A stretch of DNA of 64,000 nt from Hyphomicrobiaceae bacterium (GTDB lineage Bacteria > Pseudomonadota > Alphaproteobacteria > Rhizobiales > Hyphomicrobiaceae): positions 4,302,117 to 4,366,116 of the forward strand of contig OZ244119.1 in the NCBI GenBank assembly GCA_965215755.1. The letters are read 5' to 3'. Positions 1 to 8,448 of the stretch are shown one piece after another (position 1 is the first letter of the stretch; the number at the start of each line of letters is the position of its first letter). Both the position numbers and the translations under genes were made by a program. The notes below the pieces were generated by a model. The model made no database searches. It had not been told where the DNA came from and worked only from the letters and a program-made list of their open reading frames with translations.

Positions 1-810
1 GCTGGTCATGACGCCCTCCGGCGGATCAATGCGATAAAGCGGCTCTCCGCGTCGGCTGAATACCCAGACCGCACCAAAGCCAACATGGCAAATTGCAAGC
101 CCGCCGCTTGCGAGCATCGCCAGGCCGTCGGGCCCCATGCCCCCCTGCAAATAGAGAAACGTGCCTACTTTGCTCGGCATGTCGTCTCTTGCAAATGGAA
201 CAGTCCAAACAGCATTCAACCTTGTTGCCGCAACGAAAAGCCCGGTTTCATTCGCATTCAAAACAAGGCCGTTGGGTCCTGGTACGTTGCCTAGTAGTTT
301 GTCGTGGCTGCCATTCTCGCGGACGCGGTAAACGGCTCCACTCGGGTCATGCAAACCCGTCTGCCCCATGTCAGTAAAGTAGAGGTCACCTGTCAGAGAA
401 AAGCAGAGGTCATTCGGGCCTTTCAGAGCCTCCATAGCGAGCCGCTCGACGTAAGCCTCGATTGTGCCCCTGGCTAAGTCCGCAACCATTATGCCGCGTC
501 GATTGTCGGCGATGAATGCGCGGCCGTCGCTATGAAATGCCAAACCGTTTGGATTTCCGTCGTACTCTAATGCAACGTCGAACGAGCCGTCGGCTTTGAT
601 GCGCAATATTCGCCCGAACGGAATGTCAACACAATAAAGCGAGCCATCAGGGCCAATGGCTGGCCCTTCCAGAAAGCTGTGGTCTGGAAATGCAGCCCCG
701 AGCGATTTGCGCTGTTTGTCCAACCACTCGCTTGGTCTGCCCGGGAGACGCAAGGTGTCCGGCAGTCGCGCAAAAACTTCCGCTTCTATTATTGTTGGTG
801 GAGGAAACAC
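1..810 (-). CDS. SMP-30/gluconolactonase/LRE-family protein (C-terminus runs off the window edge)
   Basis: This open frame is absent from the supplied track because it has no stop inside the window. My translation from GTG at 810 reads VFPPPTIIEAEVFARLPDTLRLPGRPSEWLDKQ...GPDGSLYCVDIPFGRILRIK...NGLAFHSDGRAFIADNRRG...GPNDLCFSLTGDLYFTDMGQ...PNGLVLNANETGLFVAATR...GPDGLAM. The repeated propeller-blade motifs are typical of SGL lactonases. Confidence 0.7.
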   Translation of the reverse strand, partial: MFPPPTIIEAEVFARLPDTLRLPGRPSEWLDKQRKSLGAAFPDHSFLEGPAIGPDGSLYCVDIPFGRILRIKADGSFDVALEYDGNPNGLAFHSDGRAFIADNRRGIMVADLARGTIEAYVERLAMEALKGPNDLCFSLTGDLYFTDMGQTGLHDPSGAVYRVRENGSHDKLLGNVPGPNGLVLNANETGLFVAATRLNAVWTVPFARDDMPSKVGTFLYLQGGMGPDGLAMLASGGLAICHVGFGAVWVFSRRGEPLYRIDPPEGVMTS

Positions 811-912
811 GTCGTCGGACCCTCTTCGGATAGTCGAGTTTGAGATTCCTTCATGACAGATGATCTCTTCCGTGTGAGGCAGCGTCTTACAATGCCATGC
901 TATCGTAAGGTG

Positions 913-1707
913 TCATGAGCGTTTGCGAACATTCGGTTTACGCCGCTCCTTGAACGATGCGCTCATCTCTTTTGCCTCGTCCGTATCATAGTAGAGCTTG
1001 AGGGCTTCCAACCCCATCAGTGAAATGCCTCGCAGGTTCTCGGTCGCTGCATTGAATGACCGTTTGGCCAGAGCAATCGCCGTCGGACTGCGATCCATGA
1101 TTTCGGAACACCATTGCGCGACCTCTGCATCGAGATCCGCGTCTGGTACAACGGCATTGACCAGACCCATATCCATTGCTTGGCGCGCGGTATATCGACG
1201 GCAGAGGTACCACATCTCGCGCGCTTTCTTTTCACCGATGATATGGGCGAGGTAGGCTGTCCCCCAGCCTGGATCTACAGAACCAACTTTTGGCCCGACC
1301 TGACCGAACTGGGCACTCTCCGCAGCAATCGTCATATCGCACAGCGTTGCCAAGACATTGCCGCCGCCAATCGCGAAGCCACGCACTTTTGCGATGACAG
1401 GTTTCGGGATGTCACGGATGGCGCTATGGATTTCTTCAACCGGAACGCCGATTGTGCCACGCCCCCTTCGCTCCGATTTTGCATCTGAGTTATCCCCGCC
1501 AATACAAAATGCTTTGTCACCGGCCCCGGTCAGAACGACGACGCCAACAGCTTCATCCCAACCGGCCCGCTGGAGGGCGTCGATCAATTCATAATAGGTT
1601 GCCTGTCGGGTCGCGTTCATGCGCTCCGGTCGGTTAATGGTGATCGTCGCGACACCGTCCTTCGTACCGTAGATCAAGTCGTCGTAAGACCCTGAATCCT
1701 TACTCAT
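913..1707 (-). CDS. Crotonase-superfamily enzyme of the MenB/BadI subgroup (enoyl-CoA hydratase/isomerase-like)
   Basis: 264-aa ORF. Motifs VVLTGAGDKAFCIGGD and GPKVGSVDPGWGTAYLAHIIGEKKAREMWYLCRRYTARQAMDMGLVN parallel E. coli MenB (GPKVGSFDGGWG...GQKKAREIWFLCRQY), recalled from memory. A GAGGAGG Shine-Dalgarno lies just upstream of ATG 1707. Confidence 0.85.
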   Translation of the reverse strand: MSKDSGSYDDLIYGTKDGVATITINRPERMNATRQATYYELIDALQRAGWDEAVGVVVLTGAGDKAFCIGGDNSDAKSERRGRGTIGVPVEEIHSAIRDIPKPVIAKVRGFAIGGGNVLATLCDMTIAAESAQFGQVGPKVGSVDPGWGTAYLAHIIGEKKAREMWYLCRRYTARQAMDMGLVNAVVPDADLDAEVAQWCSEIMDRSPTAIALAKRSFNAATENLRGISLMGLEALKLYYDTDEAKEMSASFKERRKPNVRKRS

Positions 1708-1885
1708 CGCGGGCCTCCTCTTCTCGCAATCACCATGGGTGTTTCGTTCCGCTGCTTGCTCTCAGGCGTTGACGTGCACTATTCCAGAAAAGTCATCAGA
1801 CGACCAATGCGATCTGACGCGTCATATAGCTGGCAATCTATGCGATATTCAAAACCAGATGTGCAATTTGCCGAGGAGCCGATCA

Positions 1886-2323
1886 TTGACGACAGTAGAA
1901 ATCTGGACAGGGACCTACGAAGATTTGCCCCTCGGGGCTCGCGAGGAAAGCAGCCAGCTGATCGACGGTGCCGCCATTGATGCATTCGCACATGCTATCA
2001 ACAGCTACAATCCGATTCACATGGATGGCGATTGGGCGCGCGCGAACACGCACTTTCCTGATCGGATTGCCCATGGTGTTATGACCACCGCCCTGATGTC
2101 TCAACCCCTCGTGCAATTTTGTGAGCGCTTCAAAATTCGCACAGCGCTGCTGTCGACCACGTCGAAATACATTCGTCCCGTGGTGGCAGGTGATATGATT
2201 ACGACTTCAATTCATCTTGCCGAGAAGTTCGATGAGCGCAAGCGCATCCGCTTTGATGTTGAAAGCAAGAACCAGCGTGGAGAAACCGTCATGGTTGGCG
2301 AGATGTTGGAGCAAACACTCTAG
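1886..2323 (+). CDS. MaoC-like (R)-specific hydratase, hot-dog fold
   Basis: The track ORF is 1739-2323. The conserved part reads IDAFAHAINSYNPIHMDGDWARANTHFPDRIAHGVMT, the MaoC dehydratase signature region. I prefer the in-frame TTG at 1886, which is preceded by GAGGAG 7 nt upstream (146 aa). ATG 1859 is an alternative. Confidence 0.8.
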   Translation: MTTVEIWTGTYEDLPLGAREESSQLIDGAAIDAFAHAINSYNPIHMDGDWARANTHFPDRIAHGVMTTALMSQPLVQFCERFKIRTALLSTTSKYIRPVVAGDMITTSIHLAEKFDERKRIRFDVESKNQRGETVMVGEMLEQTL

Positions 2324-2447
2324 GGTCCGGCCTGATTATGAAAGGGTGGCACTATCGGCCAGAGGCGGAAAACAGATAATTTGAGATGGCGCAGTTCACG
2401 CGCCGGCAATATTCGGATCAACTGCCACGGCGCTCTCCCGCTATCGA

Positions 2448-2930
2448 CTACGCAGAGATGCGCCGGGCGGGCAGTGCTGATGCCGGTTCACCGTGCTCCC
2501 AGTCGCTGTCAATCCGTGCGCATCGGCGTGCCATTTCAATCAGGCCTTTGCGCAATTCAGGTTCATCGATCTTCGCCATTAAAGCGATCATCTCACCGAC
2601 ATCCTTGGAGACGAGAAGGTCAATCAGATCGTCGGGTAGACTGGGATGCTCTTCGATGTCTTCGAAGAACCAAGAGACAGGCGTACGCAACACGCTTGCA
2701 AACTGGACAAGACGCGAGCTCGGCAACCGGCTTCGTCCACTTTCATACTTATGGATCTGCTGCGATGAAATACAGCAGAGTTCAGCCAACTCCTGTTGCG
2801 ACATCTCGAGCAACTGACGACGCAATCTGATGCGTCGCCCGACGGCTTCATCGATCTCAGATGCTTTTCGCCGCGGAAGGTTTCGCACAAGTTGCTCTTT
2901 AGTTTTTCTCATAGCCTCTGGCGCATACAT
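2448..2930 (-). CDS. XRE (Cro/C1-type) HTH transcriptional regulator, PraR-like architecture
   Basis: The HTH core is VGRRIRLRRQLLEMSQQELAELCCISSQQIHKYESGRSRLPSSRLVQFASVLRTPVSWFFED, followed by a helical C-terminal tail. This layout resembles alphaproteobacterial PraR-type regulators (from memory). The start is uncertain: TTG 2933, ATG 2930 or ATG 2912. Confidence 0.8.
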   Translation of the reverse strand: MYAPEAMRKTKEQLVRNLPRRKASEIDEAVGRRIRLRRQLLEMSQQELAELCCISSQQIHKYESGRSRLPSSRLVQFASVLRTPVSWFFEDIEEHPSLPDDLIDLLVSKDVGEMIALMAKIDEPELRKGLIEMARRCARIDSDWEHGEPASALPARRISA

Positions 2931-3058
2931 CAAGTTGAAGCTGTCATTTTCTCAACCGGAGTATCAACTGTGCACGGGACAAAGGCAAGGTCGGTTTTCT
3001 AATTCATCAATAAGTAGAGAAAACGTTAGGCGCCAACTTCTCAGCACGGGAGCGCGCC

Positions 3059-3841
3059 ATGCCTCAAGATACTCGCATCGATGGTTTCCTCACGAACCTT
3101 GATATTCAACACGGCCCTTTCGACCTCTTCGCAAGGTTTTTTCTAAAAGCCATACACGCTGCACAGCTGCGCGGCGTGACATTGGAATTCGGAACGTTTG
3201 AAGACCTGATGGCCGTCAACCAGGCGAACCTCGATACCTGGTTCCCAATGACCAGCAGCTTCGACCCTTACGTCGGAGGCGCCAATGAGCAGAACGGATT
3301 TGTTCTGCTCGGACGCGATCGTCACGGCGACGTGGTGGTCACGCAGGCCATCCGGCTATTCGACTGGCGTCTAACGACGTTCAAGGAGGAAGGCGAGTCG
3401 TTGCGCTTCCTTTATGACAACCCTGAACAATCAAAACTTCCGAACGAACGTTGCAAGGTGATTGCTCCTGAAGCTGCAGAGCTATCGGGACAGGTTGCGC
3501 TTGCCGGGGGGCTTTGGTTCCGACCGGATTACAGAGGAAACAAGATGTCTGCTGTGATACCGCGTATCGGTCGCGCGTATGCGTTCGCAAAATGGAACTG
3601 TGACTGCCTCTTTGCGATTATCAAGGCCAGCAGTTTGGACAAGAAGTTCGACAAGCGTTCTGGAGTGCAAGACATCGTGCGCAATGCTGTTGTTCTCAGC
3701 AACTCTGCATCCCTGGTCGATGGTGACCTTGAGCTTGCACTGATGCGGATCAAGCCGATGCAGATGGTCGATGATATGGTCGGGTTTTTAATCGATTTCG
3801 ATGCGGAGATCGACACGAGGGTCCATGTACGTCGCGCTTAA
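3059..3841 (+). CDS. Hypothetical protein, 260 aa, possible GNAT-like acyltransferase fold
   Basis: A long ORF divergent from the XRE gene. The only motif-like stretch I see is GGLWFRPDYRGNKMSAVIPRIGRAYAFAKWNCDCLFAI, reminiscent of GNAT motif A. I recognise no family confidently. Confidence 0.5.
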   Translation: MPQDTRIDGFLTNLDIQHGPFDLFARFFLKAIHAAQLRGVTLEFGTFEDLMAVNQANLDTWFPMTSSFDPYVGGANEQNGFVLLGRDRHGDVVVTQAIRLFDWRLTTFKEEGESLRFLYDNPEQSKLPNERCKVIAPEAAELSGQVALAGGLWFRPDYRGNKMSAVIPRIGRAYAFAKWNCDCLFAIIKASSLDKKFDKRSGVQDIVRNAVVLSNSASLVDGDLELALMRIKPMQMVDDMVGFLIDFDAEIDTRVHVRRA

Positions 3842-4645
3842 CATGCTGCTCTCCCCTGTGGGACTAACGATCGGCAGCGTCAAACGCGTGTACTGCGTGC
3901 GCCAGTTCTCTCTGTGGGGTGGCTGGTGCACGATCGCATCGACGTCAAACAATGTCGGGACGTGATCGACAAAGGCTCTGCGCCACTGTTGGGCAACGGA
4001 CTTGGCGTAGCGCACATCAGGCTGGTCTTCGATCCGCAGACCGTGTGCGTTATTCTTCCAAGACTCCCGATAGATGACGATACCTCTTCCGATTTGTGAG
4101 AACACTAATGACGAGGTATCCGGTTTGCGGGCAATCACGCAGTATTTGCCGGCAAACCGGCCCTCAAGAAGCGCGTCTTCCTCTGCATGATCAAAGGTAT
4201 GGCCTCGATCACGCCAACAGGCCCACAACGCACTCAACGGGTGTTGGCCGTCATCAAGCTCGGAGGGATCGCGCGCACGGGCGACAAAATTCTGTGAGAT
4301 GCCATCACTTTGCTCATCAGCGAGGCGGATCAACCGCTGCAGGGCAGCCTCACGACTATTGTGAATCTCATAGTGCCAGCGATGATCGAACCAGCTGACC
4401 GATACACGACGGGCGTTGCTTGGCAAGATCTGACCGGCTGTCAACACAGCCGCCAGCCGGACTTTTGCCGGCACGCACTTTAATGACCAGCTTTCATCTC
4501 GTCCGCTCAAAGCGATAAAGCCGGCGCCCTTAATCAGGAAATCACTTGGTGGTTGACGCCGCATGGCGCCGCCATACCGTTGCCATAGCTGTGGGCAGTC
4601 GACGTCCCAGGACTGACCCTCTTCATCGATAAGTTGTGCTAGCAC
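3788..4645 (-). CDS. Hypothetical protein, 285 aa, C-terminal half PAS_5-like
   Basis: The C-terminal region LWACWRDRGHTFDH...FSQIGRGIVIYRESW...RTQYTRLTLPIVSPTGESSMLSAT resembles the alphaproteobacterial PAS_5 family pattern (Y-x-R-L-x-L-P near the C-terminus), recalled from memory. Its 3-prime end overlaps the convergent CDS 3059-3841 by 54 nt. Confidence 0.5.
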   Translation of the reverse strand: MLAQLIDEEGQSWDVDCPQLWQRYGGAMRRQPPSDFLIKGAGFIALSGRDESWSLKCVPAKVRLAAVLTAGQILPSNARRVSVSWFDHRWHYEIHNSREAALQRLIRLADEQSDGISQNFVARARDPSELDDGQHPLSALWACWRDRGHTFDHAEEDALLEGRFAGKYCVIARKPDTSSLVFSQIGRGIVIYRESWKNNAHGLRIEDQPDVRYAKSVAQQWRRAFVDHVPTLFDVDAIVHQPPHRENWRTQYTRLTLPIVSPTGESSMLSATYMDPRVDLRIEID

Positions 4646-4844
4646 GGCTTCTGATCCAGCCTTTCAATCTGATCACACCTAAAATGACAGGATACACTCA
4701 ATTAGGTCAATACGTGAGCTCCACGCCTGTCACTCTTGACCGGGCCAGAGACGGAGCCCGGCTCTCACCTCCTCATAGCGCCATGCGCCGGATTGGTGGC
4801 GGTCTACCTGGATCGGCCGCTTAGAATTTCTGAACAGATCCCCT

Positions 4845-5456
4845 CTAGGACCCCGCTGGATAGTCCTCAGGGCGCTCCAATACGCGACGACTGGGCGGCA
4901 GCCAATCAAAATATGGTCCGCCCTGCACATCATGTTGCCAGACCAGCCAACAATAAGCCGTCGCTGTCGACCCGGACTTTGTCAGACGTCCTCTGTGCAT
5001 CACAACACGCTCTGTGAATTGCAGTATTCTGGTTGGCGGATGCTTGGAGAAGAGGTTTTGGTACCGTCCCACGCCCTCGAGGAAGGCTGAGCGGACGATC
5101 GCTGCCACGCCAACATTGCTGGTGTGTAAGGCGCGTACGATAAATTGTTCTGCAAGGCGGAACGGCGGATTGAAAATCGTCCAATCGACAGAATCCGGAT
5201 CCGGCCCAAACAGGTAGTCATTCACGGCATAGCCGTAGCCATAGTCATGCACGTCGCTCGCCTCGACGGTCTCGAATGCGTCTTCTAACACCCGAACCAT
5301 ATGGCCGCGATTGGCCGTTGGCTCGCGACACGTCCCGCCCGATAGCTGCAAGTACTCCAACAGCGCCCGCGTCGCCCAAGGAGGGGTCGGAAAATCATCG
5401 AGACTGTCATGAGGTTCGACCCGCTGTTGCATGACTGCTGACGACTTGTTCTGCAT
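4845..5456 (-). CDS. SAM-dependent N6-adenine-type DNA methyltransferase-like protein (NPPF motif), orphan
   Basis: Motifs seen are DFPTPPWATRALLEYL, EPTANRGHM (motif I-like) and WTIFNPPF (motif IV). The track ORF reaches 5519, but ATG 5456 has an AGGAG 5 nt upstream, giving 203 aa. No adjacent endonuclease-like ORF is present. Confidence 0.6.
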   Translation of the reverse strand: MQNKSSAVMQQRVEPHDSLDDFPTPPWATRALLEYLQLSGGTCREPTANRGHMVRVLEDAFETVEASDVHDYGYGYAVNDYLFGPDPDSVDWTIFNPPFRLAEQFIVRALHTSNVGVAAIVRSAFLEGVGRYQNLFSKHPPTRILQFTERVVMHRGRLTKSGSTATAYCWLVWQHDVQGGPYFDWLPPSRRVLERPEDYPAGS

Positions 5457-5781
5457 TGAGGCTCCTATAGCAGCACAATTGAGCATGTGCTCGTTCCAAT
5501 TCGGCGAACACCAGTTCAATGATTCGCGGGCAAGACTGAGGCTCTTCTCTGCCGGATCAGGAATGTGGCTCAGTGGCTCAAGGGGCGGGCGGGCTCAAGA
5601 ATAGATCGGGAATTTATGATCTGCGCTCAATCCGGTCCATATCGCGTTTTCTTGAATGTATAGACTCCTGGCCTTTTTAACTGCACGTTGAAAACGGATG
5701 ATTTCTCACAGCACAAATGCTCGTTCTCTCAGGAATTAGCGCACATCAATTCTGTGGCAAAAAGGTGCGGGGGGCGCCAAA

Positions 5782-6213
5782 ATGGGAGGCTTTCAAGACG
5801 CTGATGGCCTTATGCTTCAGTTTTGCAAAGCTTGGGAGAACGAAGACTTCGACTGCGCGCTGGCTTTGATCCACGAAGACATTCTCTATTCCATGTTTAT
5901 TCCGCAAGATGTTGTGCCATTCGGTGGGGAAACACGGGGGCGGGCGGCAATGGCGGACCGAATGAGAACGATCCTCACTCTCTTCGAAATGGTGCATTTC
6001 CAGCCTATCTTTTTCAAAACAGATGGCCAAGTCGAGCATACACGTGTAAATTATGGCTTCCGTCATCGCAAAACTGGAGAATTAATTTCAGGCGTGATGC
6101 GTCTTGTGGCGACAGTCGAACACGGGCTTATTAGCGACTTAAAAGAATTCCATGACCTAGAAAAAGTGCGCGCATTTATGCGGTTGATTTCGCACACTGC
6201 TGGCGAGAACTGA
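5782..6213 (+). CDS. SnoaL/NTF2-like small protein
   Basis: 143-aa ORF. The N-terminus LMLQFCKAWENEDFDCALALIHEDILYSMF and its overall size fit the alpha+beta cone pattern of SnoaL-like domains. The assignment rests on pattern only. Confidence 0.55.
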   Translation: MGGFQDADGLMLQFCKAWENEDFDCALALIHEDILYSMFIPQDVVPFGGETRGRAAMADRMRTILTLFEMVHFQPIFFKTDGQVEHTRVNYGFRHRKTGELISGVMRLVATVEHGLISDLKEFHDLEKVRAFMRLISHTAGEN

Positions 6214-6487
6214 GTGCCTCATGTAGTGCGTTTGACGTTTGCCCCTCCCGTGCAGCTGAACTGAGAACCAAACTCAGATGCAAGAGCTAAACAGAAACAC
6301 TGTTTTGCGAGTTTCCATTCGGGATCAGGCATTTGAAGCGAAACAAGCGGGAACGGCAATCGAATGACCGAGCCGGAAAACGTGTCTACGACTGAGAACT
6401 CGCTGTGTTGTGAGTGATCGGCACGAGAGGCCCTTCCGTTGTGAAGGAAGAGCCAGCCGGTCAATGGCATAGTAAGGTAGGAGCCTA

Positions 6488-7030
6488 ATGGACATATTTC
6501 GCAATGAGAAGGTTGCACTGTTTATTGATGGTGCCAACCTCTTCAGCATGGCCAAAGCCCTCGAATTCGACATCGACTATAGGCGGCTGTTATCTTTTTT
6601 CCAGAAGCAAGGCAATCTGGTCCGAGCGCTTTACTACACAACTGTTTCCGAAGGTGATGGACCATCCCCGGTGCGGCCGTTGCTCGACTGGCTCGACTAC
6701 AACGGATTTACAACTATCGCCAAGCCCGTTGACTCGCCCTATGAGCACGAGGGGGCTCGGAGGGATCGCGGAAACGTGTATGTCGAGTTTACAATCGATG
6801 CTATGCAGCTCGCACCATCGATAGATCACATCATCATTTTTTCGGGCGATCGGGAATATGCAGCCCTCGTGGTCGCGCTTCGCGAGGCCGGCAAGCGTGT
6901 CAGCGTGGTCTCGACCGTTGAAACCCAGCCCCCAATGGTTTCGGACGATTTGCGCCGCGCTGCAGATCAATTCATAGATCTGGCTGATCTTGAGGCCCGT
7001 ATTTCGCGATCAACGGTCCGCTCCAACTGA
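6488..7030 (+). CDS. NYN-domain (LabA/DUF88, PIN-like) protein
   Basis: Motifs KVALFIDGANLFSMAKALEFDIDYRRLLSFF and HIIIFSGDREYAALVVALREAGKRVSVVS match the NYN/LabA acidic-residue pattern. An AGGAG lies 4 nt upstream of the ATG. Confidence 0.8.
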   Translation: MDIFRNEKVALFIDGANLFSMAKALEFDIDYRRLLSFFQKQGNLVRALYYTTVSEGDGPSPVRPLLDWLDYNGFTTIAKPVDSPYEHEGARRDRGNVYVEFTIDAMQLAPSIDHIIIFSGDREYAALVVALREAGKRVSVVSTVETQPPMVSDDLRRAADQFIDLADLEARISRSTVRSN

Positions 7031-7196
7031 CAATTCGGCACGCTTATCCGGGCTGAACTCAAGATGGATCGGTCGACCCGCTCTTTGCCTAGTATACATT
7101 TCCACCTGGTGGCTTGACGGCTTTGTGAGATGTCCGTGATCGGCTGTTCGCGTACTTTGATCGTGCTTTAAGCAGACAGCTCCTGGATTTTCGAGC

Positions 7197-7595
7197 GTGC
7201 GAACTTTGATGACATTCCTGATGCCGTTGTTGATCAGCTTGTTGCTGGCGACTGGTGTTGGTGCATCGTTAATCGCTAGTGGACTAACGGAACACCCGAC
7301 AGCTGATCAGACCGAAACTTCGGCAACGGAGTTTCGTTCGTGTATTAAGATCAAAGCCCCGGTAAGTGGTCCGAAACAGTGTAATGGCACTACCGGTCAG
7401 ACTGCGGCGGCAAGTCGACACCGCACGATCTCCGAAACAGATGTAATGCTGTCCCGTGCAGGTTGGTATCGTGGTCAGCCGCTGTTTCCGGTAGCAGCCG
7501 CCAATCAAACCGCGATTGTCTATCAAAGCGACCCACCGTCGGGACGGTCACCGTTTTGGCGCATTTTTGCATTTGCCCCACGCCTGAGAAGGTAG
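7197..7595 (+). CDS. Hypothetical exported protein, 132 aa
   Basis: GTG start. The N-terminus is signal-peptide-like (MRTLMTFLMPLLISLLLATGVGASLIA) and there are two Cys (CIKIKAPVSGPKQC). An antisense ORF 7390-7734 competes with it, and coding status is not secure. Confidence 0.35.
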   Translation: MRTLMTFLMPLLISLLLATGVGASLIASGLTEHPTADQTETSATEFRSCIKIKAPVSGPKQCNGTTGQTAAASRHRTISETDVMLSRAGWYRGQPLFPVAAANQTAIVYQSDPPSGRSPFWRIFAFAPRLRR

Positions 7596-7858
7596 CTCCT
7601 CCTTTAAGACGAGCGCGTCTTCCATCGCAAGATGGGCAATGCCGAATACCACGCGACGGTTCTCGATACTTTTTGGGGTGATGATCGCAACGAGTCGAAC
7701 GCATCGCCCGCATGGATCCGGCTAGCCGCAACATGATCGACCCTGGCTCAAGCCTGCGGTCGAGAATGAGCCAGTGGCGGACGCGCGCAAATCAGCAGCC
7801 AACACAATCCGATTTGAGCAGATGGCAGGTCTTAGGCACTGCGTCTGCAGCAGGAGCT

Positions 7859-8377
7859 ATGATGAAACGCAAAGGCAAGAAACAAAGACATCCGGAGAAA
7901 AGAAAAAAGCGTTCCAGCCACGCTGGCAACATGGACACAGCCAGTGCAGCGACAAGCCTCGATCGGCGCAACGTCTTGCGTAAAGTTCGCAATTGGGGTC
8001 TGGCGGGGGCACTGGCGATTGGTGCGGGCTGGTATCTCGTTGGCGAAACAACAGCGATGCTCGCAGAGCATGATCTCTCACGTGTCGGTAACGGCCAACC
8101 GGCGGTTGTTCAAATTCACGATCCTCAGTGCCCTCGGTGTCGATCGCTTCAGCAAGAGGCGCGCCAAGCGCTCGAAGAGTTGGATGATCCCAACGTTCAA
8201 TATCTCATCGCCAACATCAAGTCGTCGAGCGGGCGGGAGTTTGCTGCCAAACACCGCGTAAGCCACATCACGCTGGTCTTGTTTGATGGTCAGGGGCGGC
8301 GCCGGGCCGTCCTTCACGGCAACCGAGATCGTCGGGAACTCCTCGATAGTTTCCGTCATCATCTCGGTGGTTCCTGA
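7859..8377 (+). CDS. Membrane-anchored thioredoxin-fold protein (CPRC motif)
   Basis: The track ORF starts at 7712. The ATG pair at 7859/7862 follows an AGGAG. The protein has a very basic N-terminus (KRKGKKQRHPEKRKKR), a Tat-like SLDRRNVLRKV followed by the hydrophobic segment WGLAGALAIGAGWYL, then VVQIHDPQCPRCRSL in a thioredoxin-like context. ATG 7931 is an alternative start. Confidence 0.65.
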   Translation: MMKRKGKKQRHPEKRKKRSSHAGNMDTASAATSLDRRNVLRKVRNWGLAGALAIGAGWYLVGETTAMLAEHDLSRVGNGQPAVVQIHDPQCPRCRSLQQEARQALEELDDPNVQYLIANIKSSSGREFAAKHRVSHITLVLFDGQGRRRAVLHGNRDRRELLDSFRHHLGGS

Positions 8378-8448
8378 TGGATTGATCCCTGCGACACGCA
8401 TTGCCTGGGAACAGGAGACCTACCCATGCTGCTGTTCCCCTTTCTAAG

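Noticed and set aside
5565-5599. Tandem GTGGCTCA GTGGCTCA followed by GGGCGGGCGGGCTCAAG upstream of the methyltransferase gene
   Set aside because: This is only two 8-nt copies plus a G-rich run, too short to distinguish from chance. It is possibly promoter-proximal but unsupported.
7390-7734. 114-aa minus-strand ORF overlapping ORF 7197-7595
   Set aside because: The translation is Cys/Arg/His-rich with no motif and no convincing SD. I kept the plus-strand ORF with the signal-like N-terminus, at low confidence. Neither is secure.
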